In this document: piece by piece, positions 9,423 through 18,883 of the stretch
How positions within the stretch are numbered: position 1 is the first letter of the stretch
Layout of the letters: each line of letters begins with the position of its first letter
Virus record (IMG/VR): IMGVR_UViG_3300043425_001053
Location: 1 to 27,341 of that record
Reading direction: 5' to 3' (one strand)
Length of the DNA: 27,341 nucleotides
From: a virus
Taxonomy: Duplodnaviria > Caudoviricetes
Position numbers and translations under genes: made by a program
The notes under the pieces: generated by a model
Told to the model about the DNA's origin: nothing
The model's input: only the letters and a program-made list of their open reading frames with translations
Database searches by the model: none

Positions 9423-10417
9423 TACACAGTCCTTATAGAAGCAAAGTTATTAAAAGCTGTCCTGCCAAAGTCACCGTATTGGGGCAGGTTAGCAGCAAAG
9501 AACTCGATACGGCTGTTAGGTGTTGCACCATAGTTAATACCTGAAGCCTCATACCTGCTTTGGATGGGGGCCGAGTTGAACTGCGGCACCACATTAGAAA
9601 CATTCTGTACGGTGTACTGAGGCTCTGACGCGAGGCCAAGTTTCTGAGCAGCCCTCATGCCAACACCTTCAGTCACCCTACCTGCCACTGTATCTATAGC
9701 TTTGCCGGGCAGTTGCTTAACTGCAGTTGTGGCGTACGAACCTACGTCAGAGAGGAACTTGTTAAACCCTTTGCGTTCACTATCCACAATAGTGGAGATG
9801 TTTTCCTTAGGGACTTCGTAGAACCTAAAGTCCTCAGCGGCAGACTGGAAAGGCTTAGCCACTTCAAACGTATCGGGGTCGTCAAGGCCGAGGCTTGATT
9901 CATACGCCTTCGACACACCCACCTCAACTGTGTTAGCCACCTGCCTGAAGGGCGAGGTGATGTTAGACACATCGTCCGCCACACCACTCATAAAAGCTTT
10001 GAAGCCTTCCCCTACCGTAGCAGGGGAGTTGGCGATAAGCGGAGTGGACTTACCAGCGAAGGAAGCAACTTGGTTAATTACACCTTTGCCCACATTGGAG
10101 ACAAAGCTGCTGATGCCATTGCTCACTGTCTTGTAGGCGTTGCCTACAGTGCTAGCAAACTTACCAGCCGTCTGAAGTATCTTACCCACACCAGAGACTA
10201 TAGCTGAGGAGGAGCCAGCCATGGCCCCTACCCCAGCACCAAGGCCTTTGGCTAGGGCACCTCCAATACCCGGAAGGACGAACATAAGGGCAATCTGTCC
10301 GACCACCCCTATCTTGTCCATAAACTTGCCAACCTTACCGGCGGCACGTTTGATCTCCTTACCAATAGACTTGAAAGTATCTTTAATACCTTTCCAAGCC
10401 TTCGAGAGAAAACCCAT
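9422..10417 (-). CDS. putative membrane-inserting ejection protein (331 aa)
   Basis: Lys-rich amphipathic N-terminal helix followed by a Gly/Ala-rich hydrophobic segment. Confidence 0.55.
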   Translation of the reverse strand: MGFLSKAWKGIKDTFKSIGKEIKRAAGKVGKFMDKIGVVGQIALMFVLPGIGGALAKGLGAGVGAMAGSSSAIVSGVGKILQTAGKFASTVGNAYKTVSNGISSFVSNVGKGVINQVASFAGKSTPLIANSPATVGEGFKAFMSGVADDVSNITSPFRQVANTVEVGVSKAYESSLGLDDPDTFEVAKPFQSAAEDFRFYEVPKENISTIVDSERKGFNKFLSDVGSYATTAVKQLPGKAIDTVAGRVTEGVGMRAAQKLGLASEPQYTVQNVSNVVPQFNSAPIQSRYEASGINYGATPNSRIEFFAANLPQYGDFGRTAFNNFASIRTV

Positions 10418-12651
10418 TAACTTGTACCCCCAAAGAATGATTTAGCAAGATTGACAAGGTGTGTGGTGGCATCATAGTTTCTGCCAGCCGCACTCTCATT
10501 GCCAATGGCGGAGGCGTACAACTGAGCCTCCCTGTCCTGCCTGTTTTCGTATGCCTGTAGATCGAACGTCGCCCTGTCCCTCAACTCTTGCCACAAAGCG
10601 GCTTGAGCTTGCAGGCTCATATTGAAAGCATTTTGTACGTTCTGTTGGTTCACAGCATTCTGTGCAGCTGTATCCGCAGTGTTGGCTTGTCTCCTCCACT
10701 GCACGTTGCTCTGCTCAATGGCCTGCCTGTTAGCTGCATTCCACTGCTCTATCATCAACTCTTGCTGGGCATTGAACTGATCCACCTGAGCCATGAGTTG
10801 TGTGTTGAACTGGTCAACAGCAATGGTATTACCAGCGTTTATAGCTGCAGTTTTATTGGCCTCAACAGCATTAAACTGTTGCATGGCGTTATACTGCGTA
10901 GCGTTAAACTGAGAAATGTTGGCAGCGAGAGAGGCCATGAACTGGTCGGCCTGCTGTTGTGAAGCTGCGTTAAACTGCTTAGCTGCGTTGGTGGCTGCCT
11001 GATTAGACAGCAACCTTTGTTGTTCAAACTGAGTGTCCAGCAACATTGCTTGTTGCTTGTTGCTCAGGTTGGTGAGATCCATCTGCAGGAAAGCTTGGGC
11101 ATTCTGTGCAGCAAGTTTAGTGTTTGCATCCAGAGTGGCCAGGTCAAGCTGGGCCAGTGCCACAGCGTTCTGCATTGCAGCCTGCTGTTTGTTATTGGCA
11201 TTGGTCAGACTCATTGTCTGGACGAACTGTGCGTTAGCCACCCTAGCCTGTTGCTCGTTAGAGAGGTTGGCTAGGTTGAGGTTGAACACAGCTTGTGCGT
11301 TCTGCAGATTAGTTTGTTGCTTGAACTGGGCCTCTGTTATAGCGGCCTGCTGCTCGAAGTTCTTCTGTTGAGCTATACTCTGCTGGATGGCTTGTGCATT
11401 CTGCTGAGCCAGTGGCATAGCGGATTGAATAATTGCATCCACCAAAGCATCTCTGCCAACAGTGGAGGCATCCATCCCTCGCCTTACCAGCATCTGTTCC
11501 ACAGCAGCTACAGCAGGCCTTGCCCAAGCTGGTGTTTCTCCAGTCTCAATACCCTGCAACAGAGCATCCAACTGGGCACTGACCAAGGCTTCAGTGGGCA
11601 GACCGCCTATCAACCCCCTCTGCTCTTCTGTGAAGTTGGAGAGTTCCATCTCCAGAGCTGCAGGGTTGTTGGCAAAGGCCGCTATCTGAGCCTCTGTGAG
11701 GCCCGCCTTGCGAAGTTGTGTCTTAGCCCTATCAACCCTAGCGGCCTCAAGCCCAGCCACCTTGGCGGCCTCTGCAAAGGCTTCAGGGGTCATCTGCCCT
11801 ACGGCAGCTTCCACTGTAGAGCCAGGGAGAGCCTCCACTGTCTGAGCCTGTGCTGTTGCACCTGTAGACAGGGTGGGTGTAGCCACCGGCTGAGCAATTG
11901 CCTGCTCACTCACAGCGCCTTGTGCGGCAGTGGTTGGTGCCTGTGCTGCCACTTGGGCAACGTCAGTGACTAAGGCCGGAGGTGCAATTGCTGGAGCCAC
12001 CGCCTGCTGCACACCTGCTTGTTGAGCAGTGATGACAGGGGCTTGTTGTGTTGGGGTCACCTCCACCTTAGCAGGCTCGCCAATCTGCACAACATCTTGC
12101 TGGCCAGTTATAGTGCCGTCAAGGTTTGTAGGTTGTGCTGTCCCTGTAAGGGTTGGGGTGAGTTCAAACTGGCCTCTGGCCCCAGCCCCTAGCATAACTT
12201 TGGCCTCCTCCATCCTAGCCAAATCTTGGCCAGTGGAGGTGGTGGGGACAGTGGTTGCCCCTGGAGACAAAGTCAAGGCCGGAGGCAGTCCATAATCAAC
12301 CACAAGGGGTTTAACAACTGGCTGTTGTTGCGTAGTCGTAGGTTGCACAGGGGTTGTAGTTACAGGAGCTGTAGTGGGTGTAGGTTGAGTGCCCACAGGA
12401 GTTTGTGTTGGTGTAGGTTCAGGCTGTGCCACAGCGGGGCTGCCTCCCCCTATTACGGGAGAGGAGCCTTCATAAGCCTTGGCAACTTGGTCAAACGTGG
12501 CCCCTTGGAACCTGCCACCGTCCACGTTAATACCAGCATACAAGTCCTGGGCACTCACCCCTGCCTTGATAGCTGTTTGCAATATCTCGTCTGGAGACAT
12601 TTGCGGATTGGCTGCAATAAAAGCGGCTACGTCCTGGGCAGTGTATGCCAT
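10417..12651 (-). CDS. Gln/Ala/Asn-rich ejection (pilot-like) protein (744 aa)
   Basis: Pro/Thr-rich N-terminal half and 11-residue QFNA repeats in the C-terminal part; AGGTGG RBS. Confidence 0.65.
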   Translation of the reverse strand: MAYTAQDVAAFIAANPQMSPDEILQTAIKAGVSAQDLYAGINVDGGRFQGATFDQVAKAYEGSSPVIGGGSPAVAQPEPTPTQTPVGTQPTPTTAPVTTTPVQPTTTQQQPVVKPLVVDYGLPPALTLSPGATTVPTTSTGQDLARMEEAKVMLGAGARGQFELTPTLTGTAQPTNLDGTITGQQDVVQIGEPAKVEVTPTQQAPVITAQQAGVQQAVAPAIAPPALVTDVAQVAAQAPTTAAQGAVSEQAIAQPVATPTLSTGATAQAQTVEALPGSTVEAAVGQMTPEAFAEAAKVAGLEAARVDRAKTQLRKAGLTEAQIAAFANNPAALEMELSNFTEEQRGLIGGLPTEALVSAQLDALLQGIETGETPAWARPAVAAVEQMLVRRGMDASTVGRDALVDAIIQSAMPLAQQNAQAIQQSIAQQKNFEQQAAITEAQFKQQTNLQNAQAVFNLNLANLSNEQQARVANAQFVQTMSLTNANNKQQAAMQNAVALAQLDLATLDANTKLAAQNAQAFLQMDLTNLSNKQQAMLLDTQFEQQRLLSNQAATNAAKQFNAASQQQADQFMASLAANISQFNATQYNAMQQFNAVEANKTAAINAGNTIAVDQFNTQLMAQVDQFNAQQELMIEQWNAANRQAIEQSNVQWRRQANTADTAAQNAVNQQNVQNAFNMSLQAQAALWQELRDRATFDLQAYENRQDREAQLYASAIGNESAAGRNYDATTHLVNLAKSFFGGTS

Positions 12652-12667
12652 TTATACCACCTATATG

Positions 12668-12898
12668 TCACTCGGAAAGGGGCAGTTTTGACACCATCTC
12701 TGCTGTGATGGAAGCTACCACCTCAGCAACTGTCTTGTCGCCATGCTCAGCAATGGACAGTACGAAAGGTTCCGCACAATCCCCTGTGTACACACCGCCA
12801 ACCCAACGGAAACCTATCACACCATTACGGAGATCAAGAGTGTCTATGCTTATCTGTGGGTGTGTTGCCACACCCGTATCAATTACTAGCGAGGCCAT
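12668..12898 (-). CDS. hypothetical protein (76 aa), possible fibre chaperone
   Basis: ATG at 12898 (MASLVIDTG) preceded by GGAGGG, immediately after the fibre stop codon. Confidence 0.6.
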   Translation of the reverse strand: MASLVIDTGVATHPQISIDTLDLRNGVIGFRWVGGVYTGDCAEPFVLSIAEHGDKTVAEVVASITAEMVSKLPLSE

Positions 12899-12899
12899 C

Positions 12900-14855
12900 T
12901 TAACCCTCCAAAGTATAGTAGGTAATAACCCAAGCGATGGACATGGTAGCGTTCGCATCCGGGTCAACAGTCAGTTTGAGGTTTGTGCCGTCTGTAGTGC
13001 GGTTGGCCAGGGTAAACGAACTAGTGCCGGCGGCCAACCCAGTGGTGATTGTAACATACCTGTCTGTATCAGAGCCATCGCCGATGATAATGTCTTCTAC
13101 AGTGGCGCCAGAGACCGTACCGACGATAGACTCGATGTAAGCATTGCTGGGCAGTATGGCTTGGTCTACCCCGCCGATATATTGCAGCTCGTGCGTGCCT
13201 GACCAAGTATTAGTCCAACGTACTTGGCGACGGCGGTCGGGGGATGCTCCAATTACAGTAGCCCCACTAGCTGGCAGAAGGGCGTGGTTTTTATTCCCAG
13301 ATTTGTCCAACACTTGGCCCGTGTTGGACTGCGCATCTTCGGCGTTCCAGTTGGCTACAACCCCGATCAGCTGCAAGGTGAACCCTGTCACGGAGAAGTT
13401 GCTGCTACCGTTGCTGTAGAACCCAAGCCGCGTGTAGGAGCCGAGGCAAACGAACTCGATCTCAAGTTCACCATCGTTGGCCGATGTATATACCCCAATC
13501 TGCTGCCCCCCGGATGACAAGTCAGTAGTGGAGTTCCACTTCAACTCCACGGTGCCAGAGTTGACAGTCAGATTCATGCGGATACGGTATCGCTTGTGGA
13601 AGACGCTGGTGTAAGCAGCACTGGCGATACCAAGGCCGCTCGTGTTGATGGCGCTGGTGATATCACTGCCTGAGGTTGTGAATGTCTCAAACCCCGAGCC
13701 CCCACCAAAGTTGCTCCACGTCCAACTAGACAATATGGTCTGGTTCGGAATTGCACTACCGGTTGCTATATCTTGCGGCGCTGGCCCCATCACCGCATGA
13801 CGCAGGCACTCGGCCACAGTCAGAGCGCGGTTGTACAGGCCCGCCTCATAGAAGTCGCCTTCTGTGCGGGTGGTGCTGGTGCCGAGTACGTAGAGCGGGA
13901 CGGCGTTGTTAACTGAAGCTACCTTCTTGACTGAGCAGGCCGTGAAAGTGGCACTAGCACCGGCCCCGGCAACATGCCAGATATAAATTCTGGGGGTTGC
14001 TCCAGTCGCCACAAAACGCGCCGTGGAAACTCCTGTGGCAATTACACCATTTGGTGCTGTGTCAATTGCTGTAGCACCCATTCTCCATACTCCGGACGCT
14101 ACCGTTCCGGTAAGCACTACTTCAATTACATCACCAGCAACAATACCTACTAAGTCTTGTTGCATGGCTCCGCGGTTCGGTGAGTCCGTCCCGGTAATTA
14201 CAGCACTGCCACCGCCTATCACGGCATTCCCGGTACCAACACTGGCGTTTACCCACGCCCCAGGAGACGCCACAAAGTCACCGTTGCTGATGCGTTCAGT
14301 GGTCAAGTCGCCATGAGCTGCGATAACCACAGCACTCCCAAGCTGCACCCCATCAACCACAAAAGTCACGCTGCCAGCGACAGACGCGGTCTCGCGTGCA
14401 ACAGGAATTTGAATCAGCGGAGCCACGTTTGTAGCTGACGTCAATGCCACGGTACTGTCGTATGTGAGCCCATTCAGGGTAAGCCTGAGGATTCCAGTGG
14501 TCAGCAGCGTGATGATGACGCCGTTGGTGCCATCGTGCTTGTGGTACAAAATCTCATTTGCGCTGGGGCGTGTAGTAGTTATACGCTTCCGCACCCATGG
14601 CGTGAAGCTGTTTGTGCCCATGTCCAGATTGGCATTGTCCAGCGCCTGAATCCCGTTGCTGCCGCTGGAGGCCGCTGTAATTGCCACACGTATAGCTTGT
14701 CGCAGGGCCCCAAACTGGTGCCGCAGAAGGCCCCTGGCATCTGATATATCCTTAGATACAGCCAAGGAGCCTACGATAGACCCTGTATCGTTGGCTGTAG
14801 GGGCCAAGAGCCTTGGCGTAGCTTCGTCAAGACCTATTAGTTCGTAAGTAGCCAT
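12900..14855 (-). CDS. receptor-binding/tail fibre protein with LamG (concanavalin A-like) and CBM-like domains
   Basis: VTFVVDGVQLG, GLYNRALTVAE and W...G.VLDKSGNKNH LamG motifs; ISNGDF CBM-like start; GGAGG RBS. Confidence 0.7.
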   Translation of the reverse strand: MATYELIGLDEATPRLLAPTANDTGSIVGSLAVSKDISDARGLLRHQFGALRQAIRVAITAASSGSNGIQALDNANLDMGTNSFTPWVRKRITTTRPSANEILYHKHDGTNGVIITLLTTGILRLTLNGLTYDSTVALTSATNVAPLIQIPVARETASVAGSVTFVVDGVQLGSAVVIAAHGDLTTERISNGDFVASPGAWVNASVGTGNAVIGGGSAVITGTDSPNRGAMQQDLVGIVAGDVIEVVLTGTVASGVWRMGATAIDTAPNGVIATGVSTARFVATGATPRIYIWHVAGAGASATFTACSVKKVASVNNAVPLYVLGTSTTRTEGDFYEAGLYNRALTVAECLRHAVMGPAPQDIATGSAIPNQTILSSWTWSNFGGGSGFETFTTSGSDITSAINTSGLGIASAAYTSVFHKRYRIRMNLTVNSGTVELKWNSTTDLSSGGQQIGVYTSANDGELEIEFVCLGSYTRLGFYSNGSSNFSVTGFTLQLIGVVANWNAEDAQSNTGQVLDKSGNKNHALLPASGATVIGASPDRRRQVRWTNTWSGTHELQYIGGVDQAILPSNAYIESIVGTVSGATVEDIIIGDGSDTDRYVTITTGLAAGTSSFTLANRTTDGTNLKLTVDPDANATMSIAWVITYYTLEG

Positions 14856-14864
14856 TAGGCCTCC

Positions 14865-15080
14865 TTAACTGAAGATTGTAAAACTGTTGCCGTCTTTGTC
14901 TAACACTGTGGCAACAACTATTAATGGGTGGTATCCTGAGGCCAACACAACATTACTGACAGTGTGGCTGTTGCTATCCGAATCTCTTGCGGAGGTGCTA
15001 AGCAGGTTGTCATAAGGACCCCCTCCAGCACCTTCCTCCCTCTTGGCCAGAGAGATATATCGCCGGAATCTGCTAAACAT
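14865..15080 (-). CDS. small tail-associated protein (71 aa)
   Basis: TAATG stop/start overlap with the upstream gene; lies in the fibre block. Confidence 0.55.
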   Translation of the reverse strand: MFSRFRRYISLAKREEGAGGGPYDNLLSTSARDSDSNSHTVSNVVLASGYHPLIVVATVLDKDGNSFTIFS

Positions 15081-15631
15081 TAGTCTTGGGTCACTGTAAG
15101 ATCGACAGTGAACACTTCACCGGACACTGGTGTGTAACCATTCCGGGCCACCAACTGGCCGTACAGAATACCGGAAGTACCAGTTTTATAGGGCCTGTCT
15201 ATATTAACCACAACACACACTGCGTTGCCCCCAGCACCTGCAGTGGCGTTACCGATTTTCCAACCTGTAGTAGGAAAAGAGATGATGTCAACCAGCGTCA
15301 GCACTTCTGCATCGGAGGGTGCAAAGGCAGAGTTGTCGGCTACTTCTGTAATGTCCGAGGTAAACAACCACAACTCAGCATCAAGCTTAGTGGCTTGGTT
15401 GGCAGAGCTGTAAAGGGTGGCTTTGTTGATTGTACCGGTGCCCACCTCAGCCCTAGCCAGCTTAGTATCGTTGAGGGCTGAAGTGCCAGCCGCACCAAAG
15501 GTGTAGTGGTCGTTGGTAGTTGCCTCGCTAATCACATCTCCAGCAGAGTATGCTGTGGTGTCCGCAGGCCTTGTAATGCTGTCTCGGACAACCCTTGTCC
15601 GGAACTGTGTTAGAACTTCTGTTGGTTCCAT
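15080..15631 (-). CDS. beta-rich virion structural protein (183 aa)
   Basis: ITRPADTTAYSAGDVI...LYGQLVARNGYTP; AGGTGA RBS; lies in the fibre block. Confidence 0.6.
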   Translation of the reverse strand: MEPTEVLTQFRTRVVRDSITRPADTTAYSAGDVISEATTNDHYTFGAAGTSALNDTKLARAEVGTGTINKATLYSSANQATKLDAELWLFTSDITEVADNSAFAPSDAEVLTLVDIISFPTTGWKIGNATAGAGGNAVCVVVNIDRPYKTGTSGILYGQLVARNGYTPVSGEVFTVDLTVTQD

Positions 15632-15641
15632 GGTTCACCTA

Positions 15642-16457
15642 TTATGTGTTCACGAAGAAAGAACTGCCTGAGGAGTTAAGCACAGCTACGTTTGCTGTGG
15701 CTGTAGCACCTATTGCCACCCTGAAGTCTGCTGCGGACAAAGCTGTTACCGTATTGTCAGCATTTAGTCTGAGGAACGTAACGGCACTTGGGTTTGTAAG
15801 CGTGAATACGTTACCACCCACTGTTGTCGCGCCGAGCGTTGACCTGGCTGTTGCTGCTGTTGCTGCAGTAAAGAGTGAAGAGCCAGTGGCCCCGCCGCCT
15901 AAGGTAGTCCTAGCAGTGGCCGCATCGGCGTCGTCTAGAATTGTTCTGGCGAAGCTGGTGAGGTCGGTGACGGCGTAGGTGTCAGAGGCCGTGGTGTATA
16001 TCATCTTGTCGGCAGAGGTTGTCAGCCCAGAGATAGACTGCAGCCCTGCATCATAAGCCTGCACGTTTGTGCCAATGGTGTAGCCATTGATGGAGTCCGC
16101 GTACACCACGCCGTCGATGTACAGGTCTTTAAACTTCTTAGAGGAAGACCCCAGGTCTATGTCATCGTCCGTAGCTGGCTCTATTACACCGTCTTTAAAC
16201 ACCAACTGCTTTACAGCGGAAGAGCTTACATCAACAAACAGCTCAACGGAGTTGTCTGTGTTGTTCACCACAACTTTGTTCAGCCCGTCTGGGCTGGAGA
16301 TTAGTGGTACTGGGGCACCTTCGCCTGTGGTGCCGTCGTGTTTATGCCCTGTGGAGGCGTTGAAAGCAGCCTCTGTCTGGTTGTATTCATCATTGAACAA
16401 ACCAGCAGTGATGTCATCCCCATCAGTAAACACACTTTGTCTTGTGTATCCTGCCAT
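15642..16457 (-). CDS. short tail fibre / fibre adaptor
   Basis: N-terminal GYTRQS..DGD.I...FNDEYNQ...GHKHDG virion-anchor domain; shaft repeats AATARTTLG and AATARSTLG. Confidence 0.75.
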   Translation of the reverse strand: MAGYTRQSVFTDGDDITAGLFNDEYNQTEAAFNASTGHKHDGTTGEGAPVPLISSPDGLNKVVVNNTDNSVELFVDVSSSAVKQLVFKDGVIEPATDDDIDLGSSSKKFKDLYIDGVVYADSINGYTIGTNVQAYDAGLQSISGLTTSADKMIYTTASDTYAVTDLTSFARTILDDADAATARTTLGGGATGSSLFTAATAATARSTLGATTVGGNVFTLTNPSAVTFLRLNADNTVTALSAADFRVAIGATATANVAVLNSSGSSFFVNT

Positions 16458-16458
16458 A

Positions 16459-18063
16459 TTATTTCCTTCCGGAGGGCATTATTTCTACATGATACCCGTG
16501 TATTGTATGTGGAGGGAGTTGGCCTTTGCTGTAGAACTTGAAGGACATACTATGCCCACTGCCTTGCAAAGGAGTACGCCTGAGTGGGGAGGACACGTCA
16601 CCGAAGTCTGCAGCCCCAAACTCTGCAACACCAAAGATTGCAGGGGCTCCGGTTATGGAGATGGCCACAGGGGGTGGTTGTGTTGTCTGCCTATCTGCAA
16701 AGTCAAAAACAACCTGCATTGATAGGTCCACTTGACCTTCGTTGGTGAGGGCTAGATTGAAGTAGTGTAACGTCTTCCGAACCCCCAGGTCTCCAAAGTG
16801 GGAGTCTGGCGATTGCCACTCCGCCTCTATGTCCTCGCCATCAAAACTATTCCCGACGTCGTGTAGGTATACCCACCCATCTTCTGAGCCGTGGTATATA
16901 ACCTCTTCCTCGTTACTGTCGTAGTATGACCCTATCGACCGAACCCCTATGTTGCGAAGCTCAGACCACTGAAATCCACGAGAGCCGTCTTGGCCAGTGA
17001 CTAGGGTACCGCAGAAGCCGTGCTCCACTGAAGCCCCATCCGAATAGAACATCCTGTACTGGTTCTTGCCACGTATGGCCACACTACTTATAGTGTAGGA
17101 AGATTTCTCATCCAGGACAAACTTAACCAGGGGGCTGATGCCCTTACCCACAGAACTCAAGTCTACGTCGTCAATTCTTTCTGTTGCTGCCACCGACCTA
17201 AACCCATCATTGGACAGGAAGATGAGGTCACCACCAATCTCTTGTATAGAGTAGCCGTCAGCACAGCCCAGGTTGTTTGTCACACTAACCACAGCCACGG
17301 TGAGGGCGTCGTTAATATTCACCAACTTATGTATGCTGGTCTCACCAAAGATATACAAACTGTCACGGAAAGTCTTTATGCCGGTGATTGCCTCCGGCAA
17401 AGTTACGCTACCAGACCCGGTGCCAGTGAAGTCATCAAAGTCGTTAGTCTTGCTGTAGTACACAGTGTTGGGGGCGTTGGTTGTGTCCACTACGCACAAG
17501 TGCTTCTCGCAAACATCCAGCCACTTACCTGCTACTGGCGTAGCAATCTCTGTATAGTGAAAAGTCCTACCACTCCCAGTACCATTTATGTGAAAATGGG
17601 CAACCTTGTTTGGGCCTGTAGCAATCTCCAACGTCCCATAGGGGTTTGTGGCATGATCTATAGTACCTTTGGCCAACACAAACTGTGCCTGCCCTTGGGA
17701 AGCCCTAGTGAGGGTTGTCAGCGCTGCCAGGCCTGACTCAACTACACCAGTGTGTGTTGTATCTTTATTAACCTGTATCCAGTTAATCCCATCTTCCCCG
17801 TAGTAGATGTCATCGTCTACTACAACTACAACCCCAAGGGCGTATGGGTGCACCCCTAGGATTGGGTTGGCTCCACCCGGGCGGGTGGCCGACACTCCAC
17901 CGAACTTCTCATAACCGTTTATCCTACGGTAGCCGCCTTTAAGGCTGACTTCGTAGTTGCGCAGCCTCAAGGCCGCACCTGGAGAGTTGAGAAGATCGAA
18001 CTTGTTTGAGTTAAGGGCGAGGCCCCCGTTACAGGAAGCGTAGACTGGTTGTGAACGAGCCAC
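16459..18063 (-). CDS. tail nozzle / tubular protein B (beta-propeller)
   Basis: 534-aa beta-rich protein with GC....SIQEIGGDLIFLS.DG.R motif; GTG start after GGAGG; follows the adaptor. Confidence 0.75.
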   Translation of the reverse strand: MARSQPVYASCNGGLALNSNKFDLLNSPGAALRLRNYEVSLKGGYRRINGYEKFGGVSATRPGGANPILGVHPYALGVVVVVDDDIYYGEDGINWIQVNKDTTHTGVVESGLAALTTLTRASQGQAQFVLAKGTIDHATNPYGTLEIATGPNKVAHFHINGTGSGRTFHYTEIATPVAGKWLDVCEKHLCVVDTTNAPNTVYYSKTNDFDDFTGTGSGSVTLPEAITGIKTFRDSLYIFGETSIHKLVNINDALTVAVVSVTNNLGCADGYSIQEIGGDLIFLSNDGFRSVAATERIDDVDLSSVGKGISPLVKFVLDEKSSYTISSVAIRGKNQYRMFYSDGASVEHGFCGTLVTGQDGSRGFQWSELRNIGVRSIGSYYDSNEEEVIYHGSEDGWVYLHDVGNSFDGEDIEAEWQSPDSHFGDLGVRKTLHYFNLALTNEGQVDLSMQVVFDFADRQTTQPPPVAISITGAPAIFGVAEFGAADFGDVSSPLRRTPLQGSGHSMSFKFYSKGQLPPHTIHGYHVEIMPSGRK

Positions 18064-18065
18064 GG

Positions 18066-18833
18066 TTATCCTCCAATTCTATCGTCCCTCATGTAGGACA
18101 TGTTGGTTCCTGTAAGGTCTATGGACATCTTCCTTTCACCTTGCCTGTAGTCGGTACGAGCAAGGTTTGCCTGCATCTCATTCTCTTTAAACTGGTGTAT
18201 GTAATACCTTGCCTTGTCATACAAGACATGCGTGTACTCATCCGGGATGAGCAGCACGTCACCGTGGGCTGACAACCTTGTGGGCCTAACCCATGCTGTG
18301 AAATACACCCTGTAGGTCTTGTTGGGCAGAGGGGATAGGCCAAAATACCTACCATCTTGGCTAACTATTACCCTAGCCGGTTCGCCATACTGCTGCTCTC
18401 CGCCAGCGTCTGCTGCCTCTTTCTCCCTATACCTTGCCACCCAGTCATCGAATGTGATGAAAGGGAGGTTCCTATATTCGTAAGGCTCTGTTGCGCCAGC
18501 CACGCCCTCTGTGGTGATAAAGAAACTATCCCAGTCTACCTTACCGTAGTCTGTGGCGACTGATGTACTGCCAGTCTTGAGCAGCGTCCACCTAGTACCG
18601 GCAGTCACTTCTCTGTAAAGGTTGCCAGCGAAAGGGTCATTGGCGTTCCCCTCTGCTGCGGCCAGAAAAGGCCACTCTTTGTTGTGTGAGCATATCTCTA
18701 GGTATGCCCTATTAACCGCGTTCTTTACAAACGCCTGCACCCCAACTGCACTCGAAAATGTGGAGGACGTGAGTTGCACTTCGTTTGTTTCTGTCAATAT
18801 GTCATTGACTGCCTGCAGGTATGTTGTGCTCAT
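18066..18833 (-). CDS. head-tail adaptor / tail tubular protein A
   Basis: TTYLQAVNDIL...NEV N-terminus, WPF and SP.P.K.Y motifs; first gene after the capsid gene. Confidence 0.75.
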   Translation of the reverse strand: MSTTYLQAVNDILTETNEVQLTSSTFSSAVGVQAFVKNAVNRAYLEICSHNKEWPFLAAAEGNANDPFAGNLYREVTAGTRWTLLKTGSTSVATDYGKVDWDSFFITTEGVAGATEPYEYRNLPFITFDDWVARYREKEAADAGGEQQYGEPARVIVSQDGRYFGLSPLPNKTYRVYFTAWVRPTRLSAHGDVLLIPDEYTHVLYDKARYYIHQFKENEMQANLARTDYRQGERKMSIDLTGTNMSYMRDDRIGG

Positions 18834-18843
18834 ATCCTTCCTT

Positions 18844-18877
18844 AAAGAGGAAGAAGGGGGCTTTCGCCCCCTCCCCC
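18844..18877 (-). terminator. intrinsic terminator after the major capsid gene (probably leaky)
   Basis: Minus strand AGGGGGC-GAAA-GCCCCCT followed by an interrupted pyrimidine tract TCTTCCTCTTT. Confidence 0.75.
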
Positions 18878-18883
18878 TAGACC

